Positions 8,071 through 17,598 of a DNA stretch of 64,000 nt are shown one piece after another. Position 1 is the stretch's first letter; every line of letters starts with the position of its first letter. The position numbers and the translations under genes were made by a program. The stretch covers positions 35,521 through 99,520 of the IMG/VR virus record IMGVR_UViG_3300032221_000294, one strand, 5' to 3'. The notes under the pieces were generated by a model, which saw nothing but the letters and a program-made list of their open reading frames with translations, was not told where the DNA came from and searched no databases. The stretch comes from a virus (Duplodnaviria; Caudoviricetes).

Positions 8071-11000
8071 TCAGGGGTTAGAAAGCTGCTGATTTCCGAC
8101 GTTAATTTCCGGGTTCGGGTCAGTATAGAATCGACCTGTCAAAGCTTGGCGTTGAGGACCAAACAGGACAATCTCTCCACGGCTATTTACGCCAGTAACC
8201 GTCACTCTCCCACCCCAGAGAACTGTTGACTGGAAGTCTGCGGATAGTTTTCTAGAAAGATCGTTGTTTTGGTATTTTGGAAGTCCCCGAGAATAGTCGA
8301 GGTAGCCTGTAAATGCCCAGGTATGGGTATTCGCAATGATTGTGGACGGAGTGTTAAACTCAAGTGGCCACCTTTCTGTCACTAACGCGTAACCTTGCGA
8401 AGGGGCGAAGGGAAGGGAAGTGACGGAAAGAGCTCTTTCACCCCAGTACTTAGGCCCCAAGTAAGGGAGAATCTCTTCGTTAGAATAACCCATCACCTCA
8501 AAGAACCTGAGAACTGCTTGTTTCGTGTTCCCCCAAAGCGGGTCGTAGGCATCTGCGTTAGGGACTCGGTTAGTTTCACAAACCGTGAGAAGAGTTGCTG
8601 ACGGCCAGTTTTTAACTTCGGTAGAAGGGTCAGGATAATAACTGTTTAGCCTGTTCAGTCTGATAGCGCGCACGACGGAGCCCGTGATTTCAACAACTTG
8701 CAAGTACTCATAGTTGAACTCGTCAGACAGCAAGATAATCGAGACTTCCTCCGTAGGGTCGTTAATAACTGAAACATTCGCAACCGAGAACTCTATAATT
8801 GCTGGGCGGTATCTTCTTAGATCGTCTGCATCCAGGGGTGTCTGAACAATAGAAATTCCGCCTAATGTTGTGGTTGTTGCGGTAGTTGGGACATTCGTTA
8901 GGCAAATTCCCATACTGTCGGAGCCGTCATCCCCGTTAAAGTACGATTGAATGCTATAAGAAGTGTACGGATATGTCGACCCCCGGAAATAAGTATCACC
9001 TTCGGAGTAGATCTCTCCTTCCAGGTACACATCGTTGGCGAAGGTACCCTGGTAAGTGTTGCTAACAAGATCCTGGCGCTCAAGAACACTGGTGTCAACA
9101 AACGGCGAGCAGGACTCTACCGGTGCAACTTTATAGGGCCCAGCGCTCGGGCGGAAGGAAGTTGCTTCCCCGTAGTACAGATTCCCCCAGAAGTTATTTT
9201 CTGCTGCGTACCAGTTTCTTTGCTGGTAAGTTACATAAGACCCCGTGGAATTGTTAAATTCTTGAGTCCATGGTCTAGAATAGTCAGAAACAGTTGCCGT
9301 AAAGTAGTAATTAACGTTTTCGTTGCTGTCCCCGATAACGTAGTTGTATTGCGGCGATTCTGCGAGCCCAGCAGTAAAAACGCGGTCAACTGTGAAAATT
9401 CTTCCCCAGCCACCCAAGACGCCGGGGTCAAATTGAACGTTAGGCCGAAGTGTTCCGGGGTTAATCGCCTGGTTAATCTGGTTGAGCCGTAGAACCGAGC
9501 CGAGTTGTGGAGGAATAACAGTTGGGTAAGTGTTAGAAACTTTGAAGCTGTATACCCGATCAAATTCTTGACGGGGATCGTAGAATCTTCGCAGGTAGGG
9601 AACCTCGAGCTCTTCCGTCAATGCTGATAGCGGAATTGTGCTATCCGACGACCGAATTCGCAAAGTTGAGGTCAAACCACAAGACCCTGGCGTTGAAATA
9701 ACTGTGGGTCCACCGTCTGTTGCAAAGAAACCTCGATAAGTCAATCCTGTAGAAGGATTAGCAACCCACACTGCACTTCCTGGTTCCAGCGAGTAAGGAA
9801 GGATGTAACAAGGGGAAAACTCCGAGCTTAACTCAATTAGCTGAATACCGGGATCCAGAGGGTCTAACTCCACTGCAGTGATCCTGGCGCCGAGTGAAAG
9901 AATCTGCTTGTTTTCATTGGAGGTTGCCTGGGACTGTGTGAGTGCCAACGGGCGTTGAATCCCTTCGAACAGAAATCCTGTTTGGTTGGCGTCTGCACCG
10001 CCAACTCTGTTGATTCCCGTGAATCCTTCAGATTTAATTGCCACTGACCCGAAATTACTCGTGCTGTTTGTCAGCGATACGTAACCGCCGTTCAGAGCCC
10101 ACACACCTACAGCACATCCGATAGTGTAAATAGACTGAAGCTGAGCGTACGCACCGTCACGAACCCGGAACCCGAAGTGCCTGAAATCTTCCTCAATGTT
10201 TACAATTCCGATATTCTCATTGCTGTCGGTGACTAAGTTCTGATAGTAGAAACGGATGTTTTTAATCTTTGTTTTGTTGAGAAGGTCTAATTGAGCTTCA
10301 ACTGGTACGGAGTCGATTGACCCAGGGCGCTCATCAAGGGGGAGAGACAGCAATGTTGCCCTAGCCAATGACCACCATTTCTGCTCCGAAACGTTTGTTA
10401 CGGGGTTTAGGATCGTGGTGTAGATTTCATAGGCGGCTGGGTCGGTCTGCAAAGATACAGACGTGCATTCATTAGCGATTAACGACCTAAACCCTTCAAG
10501 CTGACTCCCAATAATCTCACCCCAACACATTCCGAAGTTTGAGCGAAGGTTGACACTATTGGCGTAGGCCGAGGAGTTCTTTGTTGTGTTGACCCCCAAG
10601 TTGTTGGGGTAGGGTGTATCTGTGGGAGCAACAATAACGTACTCAGCTTGGCTGACCAGCGCAGCTCCGTTGGTCACTTGGCCGCCAAAGAAATCAGGAA
10701 ACGCCCTTTGAACTTTGGTGTAGTAGTCTGATAGTTCCCCCACAGTTGCGTTCAAGCTGCCGCGTAATCTGTGGGCGGATCTTAGCTGGTTTTCAACGGT
10801 TAGTATAGTTGAAACGGTGCTCGTGACTATGGGGATTGCCGAATACTCAATGAAGATTGAACCCGGTGCAGTCTGAAGGTAGAAAGAGAACGTGTCGATT
10901 GGGTACGCGTAATAATTCCCGTCCCGGAAAGTTCCGGTCGTCTGATTAACTCTGGAAGAAAAAGTAACCGTTACTCGATCCTCAACTTCAAGACCGTGGG

Positions 11001-11883
11001 GCCTACTCGAATAGAAAATAGCTTCTCCCGTGGGAGTGGACTCGATTCTCGTAATGTCTCGAGAATCAACTTTATCCAATATGGAAAAATTGTTCAGGTA
11101 TGTGTTTCCGGTCCACTTGAGAATCGAAGTGATCGGCTGATTAAAGTCCTGATCAACGCCTGACGGATAGGCAGGGTTCTTGTAGTTGGGGACGTATGTC
11201 GGGCTTATAATGCACTTCTTCAGGTCGAGACCAACGATCGAAATTCCACGGGGGACGATAATCCCGCCAGTGGGGCTATTGAACTGAGTCAGCTGCGTGG
11301 TCGTTACTTGATCGTAGGGAGACGTAGAGAAGTTGACGTTAAAATCGGCAACAGTTTTACCGGGGCCATTGTTCGCGGTAACACGGGAAGGGGCGAAGTA
11401 AATTGTATATTTGCTGTTCTCGCTCGCAGGGTTTGACCCTGCCAGAATCGCATTGATGGTAATCTTACTTAGCTCCAGAATCGCCCGTGTCAAGGTTTGA
11501 AACGGTAGGGCCTGACCATCATTTAGAGTAGAGTCAGTGGACCCGGGAAATTCAGGTGCCACGAACACCACGTAACCGCCGCCGCCAAGATATGGGGCCG
11601 CAATTGTTTGCCACTGAGATGCCGAATTTTTGAATACACCTGCGTTAAGAGTTCCATCTTGAGTGTTCAGCCAGAGTTCACCTTTAGCCGGCGTGTTCGT
11701 TGGAGGACTTGGCAAGACTGATGTCGGGCCTACTTTTACAACTGTATCATTATTAACTTCGAAGAAAAGGCCCGGATCGTTCGAGTTCGTATTCAGGCCA
11801 ATCTCACCAACCTCAAGGTTCGAGCTCGTCGGGCGTTTTCCCGGAATGCTCGAACGCTTGAAAATAATTTTTACAGCAGACAT
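8071..11883 (-). CDS. Large tail fibre/spike-like structural protein
   Basis: 1270 aa; N-terminal KRSSIPGKRP...GEIGLNTN..PGLFF (shared with 5303..7519); PFQTLTRA, PRGISIVGLDLKK and SNFG beta-helix motifs. Confidence 0.75.
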   Translation of the reverse strand: MSAVKIIFKRSSIPGKRPTSSNLEVGEIGLNTNSNDPGLFFEVNNDTVVKVGPTSVLPSPPTNTPAKGELWLNTQDGTLNAGVFKNSASQWQTIAAPYLGGGGYVVFVAPEFPGSTDSTLNDGQALPFQTLTRAILELSKITINAILAGSNPASENSKYTIYFAPSRVTANNGPGKTVADFNVNFSTSPYDQVTTTQLTQFNSPTGGIIVPRGISIVGLDLKKCIISPTYVPNYKNPAYPSGVDQDFNQPITSILKWTGNTYLNNFSILDKVDSRDITRIESTPTGEAIFYSSRPHGLEVEDRVTVTFSSRVNQTTGTFRDGNYYAYPIDTFSFYLQTAPGSIFIEYSAIPIVTSTVSTILTVENQLRSAHRLRGSLNATVGELSDYYTKVQRAFPDFFGGQVTNGAALVSQAEYVIVAPTDTPYPNNLGVNTTKNSSAYANSVNLRSNFGMCWGEIIGSQLEGFRSLIANECTSVSLQTDPAAYEIYTTILNPVTNVSEQKWWSLARATLLSLPLDERPGSIDSVPVEAQLDLLNKTKIKNIRFYYQNLVTDSNENIGIVNIEEDFRHFGFRVRDGAYAQLQSIYTIGCAVGVWALNGGYVSLTNSTSNFGSVAIKSEGFTGINRVGGADANQTGFLFEGIQRPLALTQSQATSNENKQILSLGARITAVELDPLDPGIQLIELSSEFSPCYILPYSLEPGSAVWVANPSTGLTYRGFFATDGGPTVISTPGSCGLTSTLRIRSSDSTIPLSALTEELEVPYLRRFYDPRQEFDRVYSFKVSNTYPTVIPPQLGSVLRLNQINQAINPGTLRPNVQFDPGVLGGWGRIFTVDRVFTAGLAESPQYNYVIGDSNENVNYYFTATVSDYSRPWTQEFNNSTGSYVTYQQRNWYAAENNFWGNLYYGEATSFRPSAGPYKVAPVESCSPFVDTSVLERQDLVSNTYQGTFANDVYLEGEIYSEGDTYFRGSTYPYTSYSIQSYFNGDDGSDSMGICLTNVPTTATTTTLGGISIVQTPLDADDLRRYRPAIIEFSVANVSVINDPTEEVSIILLSDEFNYEYLQVVEITGSVVRAIRLNRLNSYYPDPSTEVKNWPSATLLTVCETNRVPNADAYDPLWGNTKQAVLRFFEVMGYSNEEILPYLGPKYWGERALSVTSLPFAPSQGYALVTERWPLEFNTPSTIIANTHTWAFTGYLDYSRGLPKYQNNDLSRKLSADFQSTVLWGGRVTVTGVNSRGEIVLFGPQRQALTGRFYTDPNPEINVGNQQLSNP

Positions 11884-11931
11884 TTGCTAAGGAGCGAGTT
11901 GTGACGCGTAACGACGCTTCTACCTTTTACC

Positions 11932-12093
11932 CTAAAGGTAGGCTCCGCCGATAATCGCGTCTTCGCTCACTTCACCCTTCTCTCGCAGCTTCATGGCCGC
12001 TTCAAGATACAGGTCTGCCTTTTCGCCCAGCTCCTGCCTGCGCTCCTTGTAACGTGACATCAGAGCGATGTACTTCTCGTCGTGTTTACTCAT
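11932..12093 (-). CDS. 53-aa protein coupled to the kinase gene (candidate inhibitor/immunity protein)
   Basis: Manual translation MSKHDEKYIALMSRYKERRQELGEKADLYLEAAMKLREKGEVSEDAIIGGAYL*; ATG overlaps the kinase TGA (TGATG). Confidence 0.7.
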   Translation of the reverse strand: MSKHDEKYIALMSRYKERRQELGEKADLYLEAAMKLREKGEVSEDAIIGGAYL

Positions 12094-13982
12094 CAAACCC
12101 CCTCGTAAAGAATCGAGATGTACTTTTGAGCCTGTTCATTAGTTAGTTTAGTCCAGACCCCCTGCTCGTAAGTCTCCATTGGCGAACGAATTCCGTGATC
12201 CATCACCGTGGCAATGTCGTCTTTGGAGAAACCATCCCGAAGCATCGCGAATTGAACGTCAGCTTTGTTTTGTTGAACTCTGGCGAGAACGGGAGCTTTT
12301 TCTTCGAGGTCTTTTCGTGCCCTTTCTGTTGACACGGGTAGAGCACCAGATTTCAATCTTGACTCGTAAATTTCGAGGAGTCGGCCAGCCGTCCCATCCC
12401 ATCGACGAAGTTGCCAGTCTCCTTGTCCCGCAGCACCCATACCTCTTGTTGCCGAACCACCTTGTGGAGGCATAAACACACCCATCGCTTCGGCCAAAGC
12501 GGCTTTTGGCGAGTCTTGAGCAAGACCCATGTCAACGAAACGGGCTTTACCTTTGCGGTCTACAAGAACGTTGTCGATGTGCATATCATTGTGAGCGATG
12601 CCCATCCGGTGAAGTTTTGCCCTAGCAACCCAATATGCGTCGGCAACTTTGACTCCGCCGATTTCTTTGTCGGGTGCTTTTGAACCGATAGGGCTTCCTG
12701 CAACCACGCTCATCGCCACGCGACCAATTTTCGTACCGGCGTTATACTGCGAGTCACCGTCAAGTTGAGCAGCAAGAAGTTTTGGCCCAAGGTCAACTTT
12801 TCCAAGACGGTCAATCAAGTCGGCTTCAATTTTACCGACTTCGCCCCTCTTGATGGCGTTTCCTTTGTTTGGCTCACGAAGAACGGTCCCGTAAGCACCT
12901 CTTCCGAGAAGTTTTGACCCCGACCCATAGGAATCTTCCCAGCGGTAAGACTTGCTTCCGAGCTCACGGGAAATCCCTTTGTTTATCATGTCACCGTCAT
13001 GATCGCGAGCGTCTTCACGAGCGTAACGAACGTTTCCAGTTGCTTTTGTTTGTGGGCCTTTAATCGCCTCTTCCACAACTTTGAGCCGATCAACCAGCTT
13101 GTTGCGAAGCGCACCCGGTTTTACCTTTTGAACTTGCGATTTTAAGTTATTCCGCAAATTCCAGGCTTCTCCGAGAAGTCCCTCTAAGTCACGTCCAACT
13201 TCCCTACGAGTTAGAGCACCAAGTCCGAGAACGGATTGAAGCTGTGCGACTTGTGATTTGATTTTGACTCGCCCACTATTGTCGTCAATCATCGAGATAT
13301 ATCTCGGCGATTCGCCCTTCAAGAGGCGTGAAATATCATCCATTAAATCCTCGTCGGCCACTGTTCTCTTTACGGGGAGAACCGTCCTTGTTCTTGCGCC
13401 TGGTGACTTATCAAGTTGCCGTGGTGGCAGAACTAACAAAGGCTTCTCGCTCGGGGTTTCTTTTCTGCGAGCTAACTCTCGGTCAATTCTATCTTTGGTA
13501 TCCTGTAACACCTCCTTTTTCCCTGCCGGTGCTACTGAGAGACCTTTTCGGAATTTAACAAGAGCACTCGTATCCCATGCTCCGTACAGCTCGTCGGGTT
13601 GATTTTTTGCGTCGACAGTGGGTTTTTCAAAGGCTCGTTTAAATACATCCCCTAAGTTTGTTTCCGCCTTCGGTGCAGCGGCACCCCTTGCCGGTATAAC
13701 ACCAGCAGCAACTAAACGTCGTTTCAGTTCCCGTGCATCCTCGCCTGCGCGAATGTTCCTGCCAAGTTCCTGACGAAATTCCTTCTTGATTTTTTCAAAT
13801 TGGGCGGCGCCACCGCGCTTTCCGCCCGCAGCAGCGGCTCGGTAGAGTTCAACAACCCCCACCTCATCTGAGGCTTTATTGAGAATGTTATTTACAGCTG
13901 TAGGGAAGTTAAGTCGGCAAGATTTTGCATTGCTGATGCAACCAGCCCCACACGCTTTACTGCGGCTGCACCTTTTTCTCAC
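12093..13982 (-). CDS. Ser/Thr protein kinase with N-terminal Cys4 module and basic linker
   Basis: LGRGAYGTV (Gly loop), AIK, HNDMHIDNVLV (catalytic loop), FVDMG (DFG equivalent); N-terminal RCSRSKACGAGCISNAKSC. Confidence 0.85.
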   Translation of the reverse strand: MRKRCSRSKACGAGCISNAKSCRLNFPTAVNNILNKASDEVGVVELYRAAAAGGKRGGAAQFEKIKKEFRQELGRNIRAGEDARELKRRLVAAGVIPARGAAAPKAETNLGDVFKRAFEKPTVDAKNQPDELYGAWDTSALVKFRKGLSVAPAGKKEVLQDTKDRIDRELARRKETPSEKPLLVLPPRQLDKSPGARTRTVLPVKRTVADEDLMDDISRLLKGESPRYISMIDDNSGRVKIKSQVAQLQSVLGLGALTRREVGRDLEGLLGEAWNLRNNLKSQVQKVKPGALRNKLVDRLKVVEEAIKGPQTKATGNVRYAREDARDHDGDMINKGISRELGSKSYRWEDSYGSGSKLLGRGAYGTVLREPNKGNAIKRGEVGKIEADLIDRLGKVDLGPKLLAAQLDGDSQYNAGTKIGRVAMSVVAGSPIGSKAPDKEIGGVKVADAYWVARAKLHRMGIAHNDMHIDNVLVDRKGKARFVDMGLAQDSPKAALAEAMGVFMPPQGGSATRGMGAAGQGDWQLRRWDGTAGRLLEIYESRLKSGALPVSTERARKDLEEKAPVLARVQQNKADVQFAMLRDGFSKDDIATVMDHGIRSPMETYEQGVWTKLTNEQAQKYISILYEGV

Positions 13983-14491
13983 TTTGCGCTCTCCCGGTAC
14001 TCTTGAAGTTTGGCTTCGAGCTCAGCGATACGGGATCCGACGGACTGAATATGCTCGGAATAGGAATCATCCTGGTTCATAGTCCGATTGTAATCATCCA
14101 TTTGCTTACGGCCAAGATCAAGAGTGGAAAGCTTCGCGTCGAGAGCTTCTTTCGCTTTAATCAGGTCGTGCATTTGCTTCATCTGGGCTTGCAGACCTTT
14201 GAAATTTCCACGCATACGGGAGGTGCGCATCTCGTCTTGAAGCGAGTCAATGCGCATATCAAGCGATTTCTCTTGCTCAGCAAGGCTATCGTATTCCCCA
14301 CCGTCACGAACGTTTTCGGGGAGAATCTCGCCAAAGCGAGAGTTGATCACAGACGTGTTCTCGGGCTCCATAACGGTTCCCCGAGCGTAATCTGTCGGTG
14401 TGTGGGAGTAATCAAGGATCTGATGCCCCCGCTCCGAATAAATTAAATAGGCTTGTTCGATAGCCTTTTCTGAAATGGAGTCTTTCCGCAT
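13979..14491 (-). CDS. Coiled-coil protein, putative internal head protein
   Basis: Heptad-rich; DYAR/SYSE/EYRE motifs; GGGTAAAA upstream. Confidence 0.6.
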   Translation of the reverse strand: MRKDSISEKAIEQAYLIYSERGHQILDYSHTPTDYARGTVMEPENTSVINSRFGEILPENVRDGGEYDSLAEQEKSLDMRIDSLQDEMRTSRMRGNFKGLQAQMKQMHDLIKAKEALDAKLSTLDLGRKQMDDYNRTMNQDDSYSEHIQSVGSRIAELEAKLQEYRESAK

Positions 14492-14522
14492 GTCGAAAAG
14501 GAGACTTATACGTGATTTTACC

Positions 14523-15029
14523 CTATCTTGTGCCCTCTAGGGTCTTGCGGCCGATCTCGTTGATGGCCTGTTGCCGAGCCGAGCCGCTGGCATTTGGATT
14601 CGCTAAGGCCGCTGCTGATTGAGCAGGGGCTGCTGGTTGAACGTTTTTCGGTCGTGGCGATTGACTTGGTTTTACGGGTTTTGGACCCACTTTCTTTTCA
14701 CCGGCGACTGAACCCCATTCAACAAGAACGGGTTTGCCACCTTTTACGGCCCAACCCATCCGCTTGCCGTTCACCATTACGGGTTTGTTGCTCTTAACGT
14801 CCGAGCCCTGCTTCTTGGCTTCAGCTTCACCCGCTTCCTCTTGTTTGGTTTTCTTGCTGGAGTCGAAGTCCTTTTCACCGGTGCCGCCGCCAACTTTGCG
14901 GCAGACGCCGAATACCATCTTCTCGCCTTCTCCACAGCCTTGGCCGTCAGCGAAGTTCCAGTCGATAATTGTGTAGTGAACACCTTCAATGAGGTGGTCA
15001 ACTGAGGGAAAATTGAAATTGCTTTGCAT
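14523..15029 (-). CDS. Putative internal head protein
   Basis: Likely start MQSNFNF; NFAD followed by CGEGEKMVFGVCRK; basic remainder. Confidence 0.55.
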   Translation of the reverse strand: MQSNFNFPSVDHLIEGVHYTIIDWNFADGQGCGEGEKMVFGVCRKVGGGTGEKDFDSSKKTKQEEAGEAEAKKQGSDVKSNKPVMVNGKRMGWAVKGGKPVLVEWGSVAGEKKVGPKPVKPSQSPRPKNVQPAAPAQSAAALANPNASGSARQQAINEIGRKTLEGTR

Positions 15030-15034
15030 GGGGA

Positions 15035-15346
15035 TCACCACTTAACTTTGTTGGCCCAGTAGGAACCAGAGGAAGGACCTTTCGCGATGTTTTTTGCGTG
15101 CCGCGCTTTGAAAGCTTCGCGTCGCGCCTTGTAAGACTCCGACTCACCTTCTTTTTTCGGGGACCCTTTGACGCCAGCTTGACCGAAACGAATCAATTTT
15201 TCCTGACCGTCGTAACACGCTTTGACAACGTGGCTGTGTCCGCCTTGTGTGTCCGCCTGAGGCTTGTTACAAGCCAAGTCTGCCTTTTCGGCGTAGTCTC
15301 TACGAAACCGCTCAAGAACTCCCTCAAAGAAAGACCCCCACATCAA
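15035..15346 (-). CDS. Small basic phage protein (DUF6321-like), putative internal head protein
   Basis: KLIRFGQ.G...RR.AFKARH...YWANKVKW pattern, recalled from phage head-associated proteins. Confidence 0.55.
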   Translation of the reverse strand: MMWGSFFEGVLERFRRDYAEKADLACNKPQADTQGGHSHVVKACYDGQEKLIRFGQAGVKGSPKKEGESESYKARREAFKARHAKNIAKGPSSGSYWANKVKW

Positions 15347-15900
15347 CCTTCCTCCCCGAAGCGAATGAAATCACCGACGCTTGCCAGGGCGACTCCAGCG
15401 TTTGCAATCTTTGTAGCAGCCCACGGAGGCAGATTGTCTTCTTCGTCGAGCATATCGAGCATTATTTCGATCTTTTCTTGCGCAACACGAAGTTGGGTGA
15501 TGATCATCCCGCCATTATTTTCACTGGACTGAAAAATTTCTGAGTAGGAGTTGTCGTTCGCTGAAGCATGCATCGCAAGTTGACCGTTTTTGTTAGCTGC
15601 CCTTTTAATGACTTCCATGCGGGGCATCCGAATCGGAACTCCTTCGTTCATCTGTGGGTTCTTTTCGTCACCTTCGCCTGGCTCTTCGGGCAGAAAGTTC
15701 GGTGTCATTTCTGCTGTGGCGATGTCACCTTCCCCATGTTTTGACTCGAGAGGAACGCAGTTTGGAACTGTTCGTCCGCCTTTCTTCTTCACGCCGACGG
15801 CGTGGTAGCCCTTCCAGCAGGCTTTCTTCAAGCACTCACGAGAATCTTCGGAGAACCCGAAACCTTCGAGTCTCTCCCAATCGTAGTTGTTAGGGTTCAT
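15343..15900 (-). CDS. Two-module putative internal head protein
   Basis: GFSE then CWKGY..VG.KKKGGRTVPNCVP; SYSE then GM..TQL...LDMLDEEDNLPPW..TKI, modules recalled from T4-like cyanophage head proteins. Confidence 0.55.
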   Translation of the reverse strand: MNPNNYDWERLEGFGFSEDSRECLKKACWKGYHAVGVKKKGGRTVPNCVPLESKHGEGDIATAEMTPNFLPEEPGEGDEKNPQMNEGVPIRMPRMEVIKRAANKNGQLAMHASANDNSYSEIFQSSENNGGMIITQLRVAQEKIEIMLDMLDEEDNLPPWAATKIANAGVALASVGDFIRFGEEG

Positions 15901-16162
15901 GATCTGTGATCCTCCGGTGTAGTAGATCTTTCTGAATGTCTTCGACCTTTTCCGACAACCGAATATGATCTTCCCGAAGAGTGTACTTGATTGGCAGGTC
16001 CGTTCTCAGGTTATCGAGAACCGACTCCATCTTCTCCATATGGCGGATAATAGTTCCAAAACGGTCGTCGATTCGCTTTCCATTTCGTTCAAGAACCCAG
16101 CCAATTCCGCTAACGGAGGTGACAATAGACGCTAGAATACTTAAGATAGCTACGGGTTCCAT
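15890..16162 (-). CDS. Single-TM coiled-coil membrane protein (holin-like?)
   Basis: Hydrophobic N-terminus MEPVAILSILASIVTSVSGIGWVL followed by coiled coil. Confidence 0.5.
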   Translation of the reverse strand: MEPVAILSILASIVTSVSGIGWVLERNGKRIDDRFGTIIRHMEKMESVLDNLRTDLPIKYTLREDHIRLSEKVEDIQKDLLHRRITDHEP

Positions 16163-16163
16163 A

Positions 16164-16871
16164 CTACTCCGGCAAACCTGATTGACCTGAAGCAAGCCGA
16201 TCTTTCACGGATTGCGGTAAGCCCGACTCCCAGCCGTTCTTCTTCGCGATGCGAATGATGCTAGCCATAATTTTGCGAGGATTTTTTCCTCGCCCTACCG
16301 AAGACCAGGCGGCAGCAACGTCTTCCGGGCTCGAGATTGGAAAAGACATATCAGGGCCGGCAAATTCACCCTTGACTGCCCCGGCTTTGAGCTCTTCGCG
16401 CTTTCCGGTGCTCCACTCGCGGTACTCGGCTGCTTTGCGTTTCTTGTCACGGCAAACTGGGCAAGATCCTCCGCATTCGCATTCGGCCATTGCGAAAGGT
16501 TGCGCAATTGCGAGAAGCTCGGTGTCCTGAGAATCGCCCTCGGCGAACCCGTACTCGGCCCTTTTCATTTCCTTAAACGAAGCCATCCGAGATTTCTTGC
16601 GGTCGAAAATCTCTTTCATGGCCTTATTGCCATCGCAATTTTCGTTGTAATTTCGGTTGACGAGACTAGTACGCTTTTCGCGATTTGCAGCGTTCAACTT
16701 TAGAACACTTTCGTTGTGGTGAGACATTCCACCGGTAATGTCGGGAGACCATTTCTTACCGGAGGCGTTCATTTCTTTCAACCTGTCTACGCTAATTGCG
16801 TTCGAGGCGTTGATGTTACCGCCTACACCAGGAAGCGAAACGTCGGAGAAATCTAGACGGGATCCGTACAT
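16164..16871 (-). CDS. Putative internal head protein (C-terminal DUF6582-like domain)
   Basis: DFSD, GFAE and EYRE motifs; CECGGSCPVC; FAGPDMSFPI.SPEDV.AAW..VGR domain. Confidence 0.55.
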   Translation of the reverse strand: MYGSRLDFSDVSLPGVGGNINASNAISVDRLKEMNASGKKWSPDITGGMSHHNESVLKLNAANREKRTSLVNRNYNENCDGNKAMKEIFDRKKSRMASFKEMKRAEYGFAEGDSQDTELLAIAQPFAMAECECGGSCPVCRDKKRKAAEYREWSTGKREELKAGAVKGEFAGPDMSFPISSPEDVAAAWSSVGRGKNPRKIMASIIRIAKKNGWESGLPQSVKDRLASGQSGLPE

Positions 16872-16908
16872 ATAGGAGGCAGTGGCAATACTTTCCTTTT
16901 ACCCTTTA

Positions 16909-17226
16909 TTAGGGACTCTCCGATTCGTTGGTGGTTTTGCGACGACGAGTTACTTGCTCGACCTCTGCACCGGCAGCAGGTTCTGCGGGAACTAAAAGGG
17001 CCAGCAGGGTAGTTAATGCCAGTTTGCCAGTTTCGGCGAAGCTTGAGTTCGCCTGAGCGCAAACTAAGTTTGTTTTCTCCAGTTCGGCTGGGCTGCTTGA
17101 AAGTTTGAAACAGGTGGCAAACTGTGCGCCAGTGGACGCGAATTGAACTATGAAGATAGCAACGAGGCTTCGAATCAGAAAGCGGCGCTCGTTGAAGCTA
17201 CTCGTAGTCTTCGTCAGCAGGCTCAT
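16909..17226 (-). CDS. Small two-TM membrane protein
   Basis: Two hydrophobic segments and a basic C-terminal tail. Confidence 0.55.
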   Translation of the reverse strand: MSLLTKTTSSFNERRFLIRSLVAIFIVQFASTGAQFATCFKLSSSPAELEKTNLVCAQANSSFAETGKLALTTLLALLVPAEPAAGAEVEQVTRRRKTTNESESP

Positions 17227-17560
17227 TGTCCTCTTCCATTGAGAGTTCGCTTAGAATTTCATTGACAAGGGCGTCAACCTCGTCTTCAGTTAGTTCCTCT
17301 TCCTCGTCGGACTCTTCCTCCTCGTAGTAGGATTCCGGTTGGAAGGGTTGCTTCAGATCGTCATCGGGACCTTTTCCGCTCGGATAGCGCCAAAGGCCAG
17401 TATGCTCGATCCAAGGGGAAGTGTTTGAGATTTCGCCAGCAGGGAGACCGGTTCGGGTGTCCATATCCTGGTCTTCCGGAGTCATCAGTTGAGCGGCATA
17501 CGCAGCGCGGAATGCTTCAACGGCGTCCATGTCGAAATCGCCACCAATTCTGTTGGTCAT
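17198..17560 (-). CDS. Acidic hypothetical protein
   Basis: GGDFDMDAVEAFRAAYA leader-like N-terminus; Glu-rich C-terminus; GGGTAAAA upstream. Confidence 0.6.
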   Translation of the reverse strand: MTNRIGGDFDMDAVEAFRAAYAAQLMTPEDQDMDTRTGLPAGEISNTSPWIEHTGLWRYPSGKGPDDDLKQPFQPESYYEEEESDEEEELTEDEVDALVNEILSELSMEEDNEPADEDYE

Positions 17561-17598
17561 TTGTTAGTTGTAATGGAACTTGAAGAAATTTTACCCGC

